DNA from: an uncultured Bacilli bacterium
Lineage (GTDB): Bacteria > Bacillota_I > Bacilli_A > RF39 > UBA660
DNA length: 64,000 nt
Direction: 5' to 3'
Assembly (NCBI GenBank): GCA_944331935.1
Contig: CALVIV010000002.1
Coordinates: forward strand, 770-64,769
The stretch's first letter is position 1, and each line of letters begins with the position of its first letter. The notes beneath the pieces were generated by a model. The model was given only the letters and a program-made list of their open reading frames with translations, ran no database searches and had not been told where the DNA came from. Position numbers and translations under genes: made by a program. Below, one piece after another: positions 34,879-44,271 of the stretch.

Positions 34879-36579
34879 CTATCCCTCCACTATTGCCATA
34901 TAATCATTGTATTTTTCATACATTACACAGTAAGCAATTATTAAACTAACTGCTCCATCAATTCTTGCTCTTTGCTTCTGACCTTTTACTGGTCTAATGT
35001 TATCATTATCATCTCTTTTTACTGATGTATTTAATAAGCACCACTCAAGAATAGGATTGTTATTATAATTAACTATTTTATCCATTAAATCTGCTTCAAG
35101 TTGTTTCATTGGATTACTCATAGTTTTAGCACCTTGTCTTACCTCATACATTTCGAATCCATAGTTTTTCATTTCTTCTACCCAGTATTGAGTATTCCAA
35201 GGATCATATCCTACCCATAAAGTATTTATTTTTAAATCATCTTGCATTTTTAAAAACCACTGTGTTACATCACAGTAGTCTATTTTCGCACCTTCACATA
35301 GAGTAACTAATCCTCTTTTTTCCCATTTATCATAAGGAATTTTATCATCATTGATTTTATACTCTAATTTTTGTGTAGGAATAAAATATTGTTGTTTTAC
35401 ATACCTTATTCCATTTTTTACAACTATTAATGTTGCACAAGTTAGATCAGTAGTACTTGATAAATCTACTCCACCTATTGCATAAGTGTCATAGATTTCA
35501 TCATCACTAAATAGTTCATTATTATGTATAACTTCATAAGTTAACCATTTATCTTGATCATTTTGTCTTATATTAAAATCTTTACATAGTAAGTTAGGTA
35601 ATTCACTAGGATTATTACTAGCAGTTTTTACCTTATCTCTTAATATATTGACGTTTTTTATTGTTCCTAATCCGGGGTTAGCTTTATACCAACATTCTTC
35701 TTTTTCTAGTTCTTTAGGGCTATCTAGTTCATAGATAATAACTAATATTCTCTCATCTTTCATTATTCCAGTTTTTTCAAATGTTTCTATTAAGTCTGAG
35801 CCATACTCATACTCATTATCAAAAACATTTTCTCTAACTGTGCCCATTGTAGAAAACTCTGAAAATATTGGTTCTTCTCTACCACTCATAGAGTCATACA
35901 TAACATCCATCAAGTTTTTATCTTTCCATGCATGTATCTCATCAGCAATTACAAAAAATGAATTAAGTCCATCTAATGAATTACTATCGCTAGCTAAGGC
36001 TTTAAAAAAACTTTCTGTATTATCATAAAAAAGTCCATTAATAAGAGTACGTATTCTCTTAAATAATGCAGGGGACTTCTTAACCATACGTCTAGCTTCT
36101 TCCCAAACTATTTTAGCTTGCTCTTTTTTAGTAGCAACAGAATAAACTTCTGCTCCACCCTCTCCAGCACTTGTTAGCATATATAAACCTAGCCCCGCTG
36201 CAAGAGTTGATTTACCATTTTTTCTTGCAACGAAGAGTGTTGACTTTTGATACTTTCTTAATCCAGTTTCATTATCAACAAAGCCGTATAATGCCTGAAT
36301 AAAAGCCTTTTGCCATAATTCTAAGATTACAGGTTTCCCAGCCCATTTACCTTTAGAGTGTTTGCAAAATTTTTCAATAAACTCTATTGGTCTATTGGCT
36401 TTCTTTTCATCAAAGATATAAGTATGAGTTTCTTCCTCCTCTGTTAATTCATTAAAAAATGATATTGTTTTAGGATTTACAATATCATCTACAAGCTTGT
36501 TATATATTATTTTAATTTTCTTGTTAACTTTATTAGGATTAGCTTTTATCCAATTATTATATTCTTCAATATATGTCAT
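34879..36579 (-). CDS. terminase large subunit
   Basis: 566 aa. Walker A-like ARKNGKST and a DE motif (VIADEIH). Position. Confidence 0.85.
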   Translation of the reverse strand: MTYIEEYNNWIKANPNKVNKKIKIIYNKLVDDIVNPKTISFFNELTEEEETHTYIFDEKKANRPIEFIEKFCKHSKGKWAGKPVILELWQKAFIQALYGFVDNETGLRKYQKSTLFVARKNGKSTLAAGLGLYMLTSAGEGGAEVYSVATKKEQAKIVWEEARRMVKKSPALFKRIRTLINGLFYDNTESFFKALASDSNSLDGLNSFFVIADEIHAWKDKNLMDVMYDSMSGREEPIFSEFSTMGTVRENVFDNEYEYGSDLIETFEKTGIMKDERILVIIYELDSPKELEKEECWYKANPGLGTIKNVNILRDKVKTASNNPSELPNLLCKDFNIRQNDQDKWLTYEVIHNNELFSDDEIYDTYAIGGVDLSSTTDLTCATLIVVKNGIRYVKQQYFIPTQKLEYKINDDKIPYDKWEKRGLVTLCEGAKIDYCDVTQWFLKMQDDLKINTLWVGYDPWNTQYWVEEMKNYGFEMYEVRQGAKTMSNPMKQLEADLMDKIVNYNNNPILEWCLLNTSVKRDDNDNIRPVKGQKQRARIDGAVSLIIAYCVMYEKYNDYMAIVEG

Positions 36580-36986
36580 GATAAATTATTAAATTGGTCA
36601 AACTCATCTTCAGGATTAATCTTTTTATTTTTAGGCAATTCCTCATTTAATTGTTTTATTACAGCGATATAGTTCTTAATCATCGCATTGTAAGTTTTAG
36701 CTTCCACTGAATCTTTATAACCATATTGGTTATTACCATTTACATACTTTTCTTTAACACCATTTTTATTAATAAAATCCTTTAGGTGCTTTAGAGTTAC
36801 AAACATAAAGCTTGCTTCATCTATTAAATTTGATAGAAGTGTATTATCAGCTTTTTTAAAATCTGCAGTTGGAAATAATTTTCTTAGTTTATTTCTTTGT
36901 TTAGTTACTTCCTTAGTTCTTTTTTTAGAAATTTCTTCTCTTAATTCCTCTTCTTTTTGTTCGTTCATTAAATCCTCATCTTGCAC
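36576..36986 (-). CDS. terminase small subunit (P27-like)
   Basis: Start moved to the GTG at 36986, preceded by AGGAGG. Overlaps the terL ATG by 4 nt. Confidence 0.6.
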   Translation of the reverse strand: MQDEDLMNEQKEEELREEISKKRTKEVTKQRNKLRKLFPTADFKKADNTLLSNLIDEASFMFVTLKHLKDFINKNGVKEKYVNGNNQYGYKDSVEAKTYNAMIKNYIAVIKQLNEELPKNKKINPEDEFDQFNNLS

Positions 36987-37244
36987 TATTACACCTCCTA
37001 TCTCTACACCCCTCGCACGAAATGACCCATGCAATTTTTGAAGGCCCAGCACCCGTTGTTCCTATACAAGGGTTTTAAGGCTAATATGGGGGGGGACTAT
37101 TTTAATTGATTATGATTAAAAAATGATGTTTTTTGATAGTTTTTTTATCATTTTAAGCCTCTTTTTTAATAAAAAATGCAATAAAGCAATATAAAAAGCT
37201 AATGCTTATCTAAATAAATTCATATCTTATTGTATCTTGTAGTA

Positions 37245-37535
37245 TCATACTTTTAAAACCACATTACCTTCTTCATCAAAATAATATTCATCTTCTTGTT
37301 TGAAATGTTCTTTGTTATGACAATCAATACATAAAGCCTCTAAGTTATCCCAGTTTAAAGTAATATCGGGGTTATCTATGTTATCTATAGTTATATATTC
37401 TTTATGATGACAAATAGTTGCTGAGTTATCACATCTTTCGCATATATAAAATTTACTAGTCATATAGGCTTTACTTGTATCTTTCCAAGCCTTACTATGA
37501 TAGAACTTATCAACTTTAGGATTACTTCTTTGCAT
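37245..37535 (-). CDS. HNH endonuclease (packaging-associated)
   Basis: CERC...ICHHK...N...CIDCHNKEH. Lies upstream of the terminase genes. Confidence 0.85.
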   Translation of the reverse strand: MQRSNPKVDKFYHSKAWKDTSKAYMTSKFYICERCDNSATICHHKEYITIDNIDNPDITLNWDNLEALCIDCHNKEHFKQEDEYYFDEEGNVVLKV

Positions 37536-37731
37536 TTCTTTTATCTCTAGCTGATTTAATAGTAGACTTTTCTACATTGTTATCTAACGTGGCAGTTTCT
37601 ACTACTTCTTTTACATAATTCTTTTCAAGAAGAACTTTAGCTCTTTCTTTAGAAACATTAAACACATCATTTATTTCTCTAATCTTATTAGACTCTAAGT
37701 CGTTAAACTTTATTGTAGCTATAACTTTCAT
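37522..37731 (-). CDS. small phage protein
   Basis: ORF track; SD AGGAGGG upstream. Confidence 0.5.
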   Translation of the reverse strand: MKVIATIKFNDLESNKIREINDVFNVSKERAKVLLEKNYVKEVVETATLDNNVEKSTIKSARDKRNAKK

Positions 37732-37763
37732 ATTGATTCCCTCCTAGTTTTAAAACTATTATT

Positions 37764-37795
37764 ACAAAAATAAAAGAATATATTTCTATATTCTT
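37764..37795 (-). terminator. intrinsic terminator between the ArpU-like gene and the late operon
   Basis: Minus-strand stem AAGAATATA/TATATTCTT (9 bp) with loop GAAA, followed by TTATTTTT. Confidence 0.65.
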
Positions 37796-37852
37796 TGTGT
37801 GCAATTAATTAGTTTTTTAGCTAATCATCCAACTGCACTATAACACATTTTA

Positions 37853-37872
37853 CTGGACATTGTCTGGACATT
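37853..37872. repeat. direct repeat CTGGACATT x2
   Basis: 37853-37861 and 37864-37872, immediately after the ArpU-like stop codon. Confidence 0.8.
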
Positions 37873-38316
37873 TTAAATATTTTCTTTAATTTCTTCTTCT
37901 ACTGATTTGTCTTCATTAATATCTTTTATTATTCTTTGTATTGTTTTTTCTGAACAGTCAAGTTTAGCAGCAATATCAGCATGAGATAAACCATATATAT
38001 ATTTTGCTTTAAAGACTTTCTTTTCTGTTTCGTCCATTTCCTCTATACTTCTATCTATTTCATTAAAGTAATCATTTATCATATCTAATTCTTTCTTTAC
38101 TAGAGTTCTTTCTTTATCAAGTTCTTCTAATTCTGCAAAAGTTGCTGTAAACCTATCAGGATTCTTTTGGTTTTGTACTTTAACCTCATCAAATGTAAAT
38201 CCATGTAATCCTAACTTTTCATCTATTTTTTGTTGTATTCTTTCGTTTAGAAGTTTATAAGTCTTTTCATATAATGTACGATCATTTTTTAATTTTCTTA
38301 TAACACTATATTTCAT
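37873..38316 (-). CDS. ArpU/RinA-like late transcriptional regulator (sigma region-4-like HTH)
   Basis: C-terminal KAKYIYGLSHADIAAKLDCSEKTIQRIIKDI. Position just upstream of the packaging genes. Confidence 0.65.
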   Translation of the reverse strand: MKYSVIRKLKNDRTLYEKTYKLLNERIQQKIDEKLGLHGFTFDEVKVQNQKNPDRFTATFAELEELDKERTLVKKELDMINDYFNEIDRSIEEMDETEKKVFKAKYIYGLSHADIAAKLDCSEKTIQRIIKDINEDKSVEEEIKENI

Positions 38317-39455
38317 TTACCCTCCTTAATCTTTTCCACCTTTACATATCCTGTATTTAACAATTCTTTAGCTCTATCTTGGTCATATAAATAATAAACA
38401 TTATTTTTTCTTATTATAGCATTTCCTGCACCATTATGTTCAAATACATCATCAATTATAAGTTCTGGCCTTTTATCTATATAATCTTTTAAAGCTATAA
38501 CTTTATATTTTATTTTAGGTATATATACTCTCTTATTGAATAACTTAGTCCAATCAATAGTATTACCTTTTTCAATATAATTAAATTTATTAGGAATATT
38601 ATTTACAATTTTTTCTATATCTAAATTAGATAAATCCATATCTAATAAATAGCCGTTAACACCATCTTCAATAGATTCATAACTGCTCGGATAATTAGTA
38701 GAAATAACAGGTGTGCCATACTGTAAACACTCGTTAACAAAGTAACAGTAACCTTCTGTGTCTGATAATTGCACCCCATAATCTGCTTCAACTATATAAT
38801 CAAATATATCATGTGATGGATTCATGTATACTATCTCTTCCATATCAAAAGGTTTTTGTTGATATAGTTTTAAATCAGTAAAGATAATCCACCTAAATTT
38901 TATATTATGTTCTTTTAAAGCTTGAGCTAATTTTAGCATTCTATTATAACCTTTTTCTTTTGAGACTCTAGTCGCTGATATTAGTTTTAATATGTGATGT
39001 GTTTCTTGCCTATCATCTAATATATTATGAATAGTTGTTACCTTTTCTTTAGGATAAAGTTTTTTAAAAACCGATGTAACGTGTTTTCCTACTGCTACGT
39101 ATTCAGTTGTTTTATGCCATTTTTCATAAACAAAGCCTGTTTCTTTAGCTCTTATATAATCAGCATGAATCATCTGTATATATCTTCCAGTTCTTGCTAG
39201 AACGGTTTCAGGATAACCTCCCCAAGCACTTGCTAAAAGACAAATATCACATATATACTTCTTGCATTCTTTGTATTTCTCTACAGAGATATTTAATTTT
39301 TTTAGCCTATTTATAGTATCTTGATTACCTTCTTTATAAAGGAACAATATTTCATATTGATTTTGTAACTTCTTACAAAAGTTATAGTCAAACGTATCAA
39401 CACCGCCAAACTTCAAAGGATTAGTGTGATATAGAATTATTTTCTTTTTCTTCAT
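38313..39455 (-). CDS. prophage-encoded GT4-family glycosyltransferase
   Basis: GGVDTF near the N-terminus and TEGYCYFVNECLQYGTPVISTNYPSSYESIEDGVNGYL (EX7E). About 70-aa extra C-terminal tail. Confidence 0.7.
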   Translation of the reverse strand: MKKKKIILYHTNPLKFGGVDTFDYNFCKKLQNQYEILFLYKEGNQDTINRLKKLNISVEKYKECKKYICDICLLASAWGGYPETVLARTGRYIQMIHADYIRAKETGFVYEKWHKTTEYVAVGKHVTSVFKKLYPKEKVTTIHNILDDRQETHHILKLISATRVSKEKGYNRMLKLAQALKEHNIKFRWIIFTDLKLYQQKPFDMEEIVYMNPSHDIFDYIVEADYGVQLSDTEGYCYFVNECLQYGTPVISTNYPSSYESIEDGVNGYLLDMDLSNLDIEKIVNNIPNKFNYIEKGNTIDWTKLFNKRVYIPKIKYKVIALKDYIDKRPELIIDDVFEHNGAGNAIIRKNNVYYLYDQDRAKELLNTGYVKVEKIKEGK

Positions 39456-39495
39456 AGTACCTCCTTGAGTATTTCTCCAGTTATTATGACTACTA

Positions 39496-39879
39496 TCAAC
39501 CTTTATTCTGTGTATCTAGTAAATAGTTAACTGCATATATTAATTCATTTATTGCTTTTTGGTGTTGCTCAAAATTACAATTAACTGAATTTATTGTTTC
39601 TTCATCTCTAAAATAACTAGGAAGCCGACTATATTGAAATACACCAGTAATTTTATTAGGTACTTCTTTACTCTCTACTATTTCAAATAAATAATCATTA
39701 TCCCATAACATTGAGCTTCTAAATGTTCCCGGAGACCAAAATAAATCGTTATTGTTATATTTAAGTTTTGCGACTACATCAAAACAACAACTTTCCTCAT
39801 TAACTCTTAAGACATCAATCTCTGTTCCTTCTTCTACTTCATTATTTTTAATCATTTGTAATAGTTCTATTCCTGTCAT
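39496..39879 (-). CDS. hypothetical early phage protein
   Basis: ORF track; ATGA overlap with the neighbouring gene. Confidence 0.5.
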   Translation of the reverse strand: MTGIELLQMIKNNEVEEGTEIDVLRVNEESCCFDVVAKLKYNNNDLFWSPGTFRSSMLWDNDYLFEIVESKEVPNKITGVFQYSRLPSYFRDEETINSVNCNFEQHQKAINELIYAVNYLLDTQNKG

Positions 39880-40151
39880 TCTTCTACCTCCAAATCAATT
39901 AGCCAATTATATAAATTTTGCCAAATATCATAGTCACATTTATCATCGGTTACAAACCCTTCATTTCTTCTTTTTAAATATTGTTGTAAATCTGATAACA
40001 TTACTTGTTGCATACGTTTATCTATAATAGTTCTATTTTCTACAATAAGCTCTGATGTTTCAGCTGTTATATAAGTTCTTCTACCTAGTGCATATCTTAA
40101 TGCTGATATAATCATATCTCTTAATACATAGTCTAATTTAAGTTCTATCAT
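39876..40151 (-). CDS. hypothetical early phage protein (ALRYALGRRTY motif)
   Basis: ORF track; tight packing. Confidence 0.5.
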   Translation of the reverse strand: MIELKLDYVLRDMIISALRYALGRRTYITAETSELIVENRTIIDKRMQQVMLSDLQQYLKRRNEGFVTDDKCDYDIWQNLYNWLIDLEVEE

Positions 40152-40153
40152 AA

Positions 40154-40423
40154 CTATCTCCTCTTCCTAAATTGTTTAGTAATTCTTACTTCATCTTGAT
40201 TATTTAAATATCTCTTAAAATCTTCATAATCTGCTAAATTGCCTAAATATAAAAATGCAGGAAATTCTATATTATCTTCTTCATTGACTTCTATAGCCAT
40301 TACTTTTTCTTTAGTCTTTTGCTCTAATAAGAGCCAGTCTAAGCAGAATATTGTTTCATCTGGCTCGTAAGTACCTAAATTGGTATAACCTCCAGTTCCA
40401 AATACACAAATTCTATATTTCAT
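40154..40423 (-). CDS. hypothetical early phage protein
   Basis: ORF track. Confidence 0.5.
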   Translation of the reverse strand: MKYRICVFGTGGYTNLGTYEPDETIFCLDWLLLEQKTKEKVMAIEVNEEDNIEFPAFLYLGNLADYEDFKRYLNNQDEVRITKQFRKRR

Positions 40424-40426
40424 TTA

Positions 40427-40747
40427 TTATTTCTCCAACCATTCTACAAATTCATCATAATTTAGAAAACTTTCCCATAAATTATTCTCGATAATAAAAT
40501 GTTTCATAATATCATGTTCTTCTTTAAACTCTTTTAAATTTTCTATTTCTGATTTTAATCTATGATTTTCTTTTAATAATTTTGGCAAATAATTTTTAAC
40601 ATCATAAGCTAGAGATGCATAAATAGATGGTTCATAACCTCTATCTATGATAGATTGATACCTATCTACTATCATTTCTGACGTTGTTATCATATCTTTA
40701 CATTTAGCACTTATATCAAAATTAGGATTAACTTTTTCTTTATCCAT
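40427..40747 (-). CDS. hypothetical early phage protein
   Basis: ORF track. Confidence 0.5.
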   Translation of the reverse strand: MDKEKVNPNFDISAKCKDMITTSEMIVDRYQSIIDRGYEPSIYASLAYDVKNYLPKLLKENHRLKSEIENLKEFKEEHDIMKHFIIENNLWESFLNYDEFVEWLEK

Positions 40748-41093
40748 TATTTCACCTCATACTTTACAGAATTGAACTGCTCTTTTGTTACTATTGATTC
40801 AATTTGATAATTTTTACACAAATATCTTCCCTCATCAAATTCTATATATCTACTACCATCTTTGAACTCTGATATATTCAAGACTTCTTTACCATTAACA
40901 TAATCTCCGACTTCTATTAAGTCGATAAAATTATACTTGCTTTAATAACATCATTTCGCAATATAACTTGCCAATTGTCAATCCTTACTAATTCATTATC
41001 TGAACAGTCTACTATTTTAGCAATTCTTGGGGGTACATATCCATTAATTGCACCTCTTGTATATCTAACATACATACCTTTTTTTAATTCCAC
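40747..41093 (-). pseudogene. frameshift-split small ORF (58-aa and about 57-aa halves)
   Basis: GTG at 41093 after AGGGGGTG gives VELKKGMYVRYTRGAING...RNDVIKASIILST*. The +1 frame continues SKYNFIDLIEVGDYVNGKEV...VKYEVK*, whose stop overlaps the next ATG. Confidence 0.35.
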
Positions 41094-41374
41094 TACTTAC
41101 ACCCCCTATCTTTATCTTTTTTTATTTCTATTAATTCGCTTGTAACACAATTGACTTTTTCTATTATTTCATAAGTTCTAATTGCTATGTCATTAGCACT
41201 ACATCTATAATCTCCGTACCAATTGGCATTATTTTTCAACCTTTTAACAAGCCAATTAGCTACAGCATCAACTTCAGTTAAATTTTCCATACTTTGATTA
41301 TCATGGTTAGTTTCACAAGCAACTGACGTATCTCCTACAATCTTATCTAAAATATCGCCTATATAATATTCCAT
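41093..41374 (-). CDS. hypothetical early phage protein
   Basis: ORF track. Confidence 0.5.
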   Translation of the reverse strand: MEYYIGDILDKIVGDTSVACETNHDNQSMENLTEVDAVANWLVKRLKNNANWYGDYRCSANDIAIRTYEIIEKVNCVTSELIEIKKDKDRGCK

Positions 41375-41637
41375 TACTTATCCTCTACTTTCTCTACTAA
41401 ATCGGCTTTTATTAAGTCGTATAATAGGTTTAGTAAACTTAAAACTATTTCAAGTTCGCAATAGTCATCATCGTTAAAACTGATGACAATTTCTAGGTTA
41501 TCTCCTATAAATATACCAATGTTATCGAAATAATAATGATAACCTTCTCCTATTGAATACCTAAATCCAAACTTTTCTAACTCTTTTAAATCTACATTAT
41601 CTTTAATCTTTAACATTTTCTGCCTCGCTTTCATCAA
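41374..41637 (-). CDS. hypothetical early phage protein
   Basis: ORF track; the true start may be an internal Met. Confidence 0.45.
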   Translation of the reverse strand: MMKARQKMLKIKDNVDLKELEKFGFRYSIGEGYHYYFDNIGIFIGDNLEIVISFNDDDYCELEIVLSLLNLLYDLIKADLVEKVEDK

Positions 41638-41809
41638 TACTTGGTAATAATATATCTAAATAGAAATCAACATTTCCTTTTAACTCTTCATCTGTCAACT
41701 TTTTATCAACTTCTGCATGAAATACCATTTCGCCATCCTTACATACCATTACATGATTATTACTAGCTTGTGATACTATACAATCTCTATACTTTATTTC
41801 TCTATTCAT
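41603..41809 (-). CDS. hypothetical early phage protein
   Basis: ORF track. Confidence 0.45.
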   Translation of the reverse strand: MNREIKYRDCIVSQASNNHVMVCKDGEMVFHAEVDKKLTDEELKGNVDFYLDILLPSIDESEAENVKD

Positions 41810-42131
41810 CTTTAACTCCTATTATTTCTTTATATTTTTCTAATATTTCTAGGCATATTCTTTGATGATAGCCGGCATCCCTTATTAATTCCTTACTTTC
41901 ACTTTCTAAGTAATTTATAAACTCTTTTTGTTGATTAATTAATTTTGTATTTTCTTCATATAATAATTCTCCAGTCAAAGTACCAACTTTTTCGTATTTT
42001 TTTTCAAGTTGCATCTTTAACTCTCTATTTTCTCTTTCTTTTTCCATTAGCAAATTAATAAATTGAACTCTGCCACAATCTTTAGTCTTTTCGTAAAGTT
42101 CATCAAATAGTAATTCATTATCGTCTAACAT
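41802..42131 (-). CDS. hypothetical early phage protein (coiled-coil)
   Basis: ORF track. Confidence 0.5.
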   Translation of the reverse strand: MLDDNELLFDELYEKTKDCGRVQFINLLMEKERENRELKMQLEKKYEKVGTLTGELLYEENTKLINQQKEFINYLESESKELIRDAGYHQRICLEILEKYKEIIGVKDE

Positions 42132-42434
42132 TTATTCCACCTCTTTTAATATATTTAAAACTCTCTCTTCTCTTGCTATTGAAACGTTACAAATATCGAA
42201 TATTCCTTGACTATCATTTTTGCAAAAAGTTATTCCTTTTTCTAGAATTTTTATTGCTTTATCAATTGCTTCTTTTTGTTCTTCAACTTCATTTAACAAA
42301 CACTCTATATCTTTGCAATGTTCTATACAAAATTTATCAAAATCACTCATATCACACTTGCCGTTTTTATATTCGGTGTATATATCATCATTTTCTACAT
42401 ATTCTCTTAACCTTTCTTTAGCATCATTATTCAT
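42132..42434 (-). CDS. hypothetical early phage protein
   Basis: ORF track. Confidence 0.5.
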   Translation of the reverse strand: MNNDAKERLREYVENDDIYTEYKNGKCDMSDFDKFCIEHCKDIECLLNEVEEQKEAIDKAIKILEKGITFCKNDSQGIFDICNVSIAREERVLNILKEVE

Positions 42435-42436
42435 AT

Positions 42437-42877
42437 CTACTTCTCCCTCTTGTTATATTTCCATTTATTAACACCTACTCCATAAATCTCACAAGCTTTC
42501 AAGAACATTTCTTTTTCTTTGTCATCTTTAAAGCCAACTAAAAAGTGTGGAGGTGTAGGTAAATACTCTTCTGTAGGTTTCCATATGTGCAAACAATGTT
42601 GATGCATATTTACATAATCTTCTTCTTTAGGATGATATTCAACACAAGCTTCGTCTTTATTCCAAAATATATCTTTCATACGACACATTTGGTCCCAACT
42701 AGGTGTTTTGCTAGGCATACTTACTGATAAGTGTTCCCAACCCATTTGATAGCTGAAAATAAAATTTAAATTCTTACCACTAATAACATCATAGTAATAG
42801 CCACCCATTCCAGCATTATCTGTTTCAGCTTCTATAAATAAATTCCTAGTTTTTCTAATTTCATCAATTGTTTTCAT
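42437..42877 (-). CDS. hypothetical early phage protein
   Basis: ORF track; contains WEHLSVSMPSKTPSWDQMCRMKDIFW. Confidence 0.5.
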   Translation of the reverse strand: MKTIDEIRKTRNLFIEAETDNAGMGGYYYDVISGKNLNFIFSYQMGWEHLSVSMPSKTPSWDQMCRMKDIFWNKDEACVEYHPKEEDYVNMHQHCLHIWKPTEEYLPTPPHFLVGFKDDKEKEMFLKACEIYGVGVNKWKYNKREK

Positions 42878-42891
42878 TACAAACCTCCAAA

Positions 42892-43158
42892 TTAAATCTT
42901 TTCTTTTTTAAAACCAAAAGTTTCCAAACAATTAATTAACTCAACTTGATATTTTTTCAAGCACTCATCACATAAACACAAGGTTACACTATACCACTCA
43001 TCTAAAATGTTTAATTCTATTTCTTCATATGGTTCACTATAATAGCCATCATAAATATCTTCTCTACTTTCAAATATTCTTTTATTACATTTATCACAGA
43101 AAAAAATATGAGTGTTAACTGTATTAGTTATTTCTTTTGGCTTTATTATTTCACCCAT
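42892..43158 (-). CDS. small Zn-ribbon-like protein
   Basis: Two CxxC pairs (CDKC and CDEC). Start moved to the ATG at 43158 after GGAG. Confidence 0.45.
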   Translation of the reverse strand: MGEIIKPKEITNTVNTHIFFCDKCNKRIFESREDIYDGYYSEPYEEIELNILDEWYSVTLCLCDECLKKYQVELINCLETFGFKKEKI

Positions 43159-43336
43159 TGCAAATCTCCAAATCTCTAGCTTCACTTAAAGGAATACTAC
43201 TACAATAATCATCTATTAAGTCTTCTTTAATAACCTCTATAACCCCTGACTGTATAAAAATATTAATTAGTACTATTATTAATATCACTGCTACAGTAAT
43301 AGCAGAACTAAGTATTGCTACTCTCCAATTCTCCAT
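43151..43336 (-). CDS. small single-TM protein
   Basis: Start at the ATG at 43336 after AAGGAGG. TM helix VAILSSAITVAVILIIVLINIFI. Confidence 0.45.
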   Translation of the reverse strand: MENWRVAILSSAITVAVILIIVLINIFIQSGVIEVIKEDLIDDYCSSIPLSEARDLEICNG

Positions 43337-43425
43337 TTTTAACCTCCTTATTCTGTGCAATATAACCTATTATTATATTGCATAAATCTAATTGCTATTT
43401 TTCCTTTATTCTATAAGTCTTAAAT

Positions 43426-43656
43426 CTACATTTTCTTCTTAAAATACTTTTGATATTTTTTTAATGATTTTTTCATAGTCCTTACAAAGTTATAAGAAGC
43501 TATTCTTAATTCGTAAAAAGCATAATCATATGTACTTTTATATCTTTCTAAAATATCATTTATTTCATTAGAATCTAAGCCTATAAGCTCTAACTCTTCT
43601 TTTAATAGAATTAATGGATTATCTAGTTTCTTTAAATGATTATGTCTATATTTCAT
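43426..43656 (-). CDS. hypothetical early phage protein
   Basis: ORF track. Confidence 0.45.
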   Translation of the reverse strand: MKYRHNHLKKLDNPLILLKEELELIGLDSNEINDILERYKSTYDYAFYELRIASYNFVRTMKKSLKKYQKYFKKKM

Positions 43657-44086
43657 CTATACACTCTTTATTTAAGACCAGTATTGAGTCACAGTCCCAA
43701 CCATATAAATCATGATATAACCTATGATCTTCGCTCATTAGAACTTCAATGGCATCATATTTCTTCTTTATTTTTTCAAAATCAATACATAAGAATTTAT
43801 TACAAAACTCTTTAGGAACATCAGACTCAATAGGTAATGAATATAAATCATTATGAGATTTTATCGTAATCAATTTGCTATTAGCTTTTAATTTAAAGCG
43901 AAAACTATTTTCTTCTTTACACTCACAATAATCTTCATCCTTACACCAATTCTTCCAACCATATTTTGCATTAATATCAGATGCCCAAAGCCCTCCAATT
44001 GGTTTATTCCAACATACATTTTCAATTTCAACAAAAATATCAGGATCAAAGTATTTATGTCCATAATGTATATATATTTTACTCAT
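43646..44086 (-). CDS. hypothetical early phage protein
   Basis: Start moved to the ATG at 44086, which overlaps the upstream stop. Motifs KPIGGLWAS and YGWDCDSILVLN. Confidence 0.5.
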   Translation of the reverse strand: MSKIYIHYGHKYFDPDIFVEIENVCWNKPIGGLWASDINAKYGWKNWCKDEDYCECKEENSFRFKLKANSKLITIKSHNDLYSLPIESDVPKEFCNKFLCIDFEKIKKKYDAIEVLMSEDHRLYHDLYGWDCDSILVLNKECIDEI

Positions 44087-44270
44087 CAACCCATGCATCC
44101 CCTGCATAAGAATTAAATATGTATGTTTCTATGAATAAACATATTTCTAGAACAATAGATATAATAATATCTAAAACATCTCCAAAAAATAAATAGTAAA
44201 TTACCATACAAGTATTAGCCATTAAAATTGCTAATGCTATATACTTCATAATACTTAAAAAATATTTCAT
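44079..44270 (-). CDS. small two-TM membrane protein
   Basis: ORF track; hydrophobic. Confidence 0.45.
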   Translation of the reverse strand: MKYFLSIMKYIALAILMANTCMVIYYLFFGDVLDIIISIVLEICLFIETYIFNSYAGDAWVDE

Positions 44271-44271
44271 A

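Noticed and set aside
36987-37052. N-terminal extension of the small terminase (MLGLQKLHGSFRARGVEIGGVI).
   Set aside because: There is no SD before that ATG, whereas AGGAGG precedes the in-frame GTG at 36986. The upstream part more likely belongs to the cos/intergenic region.
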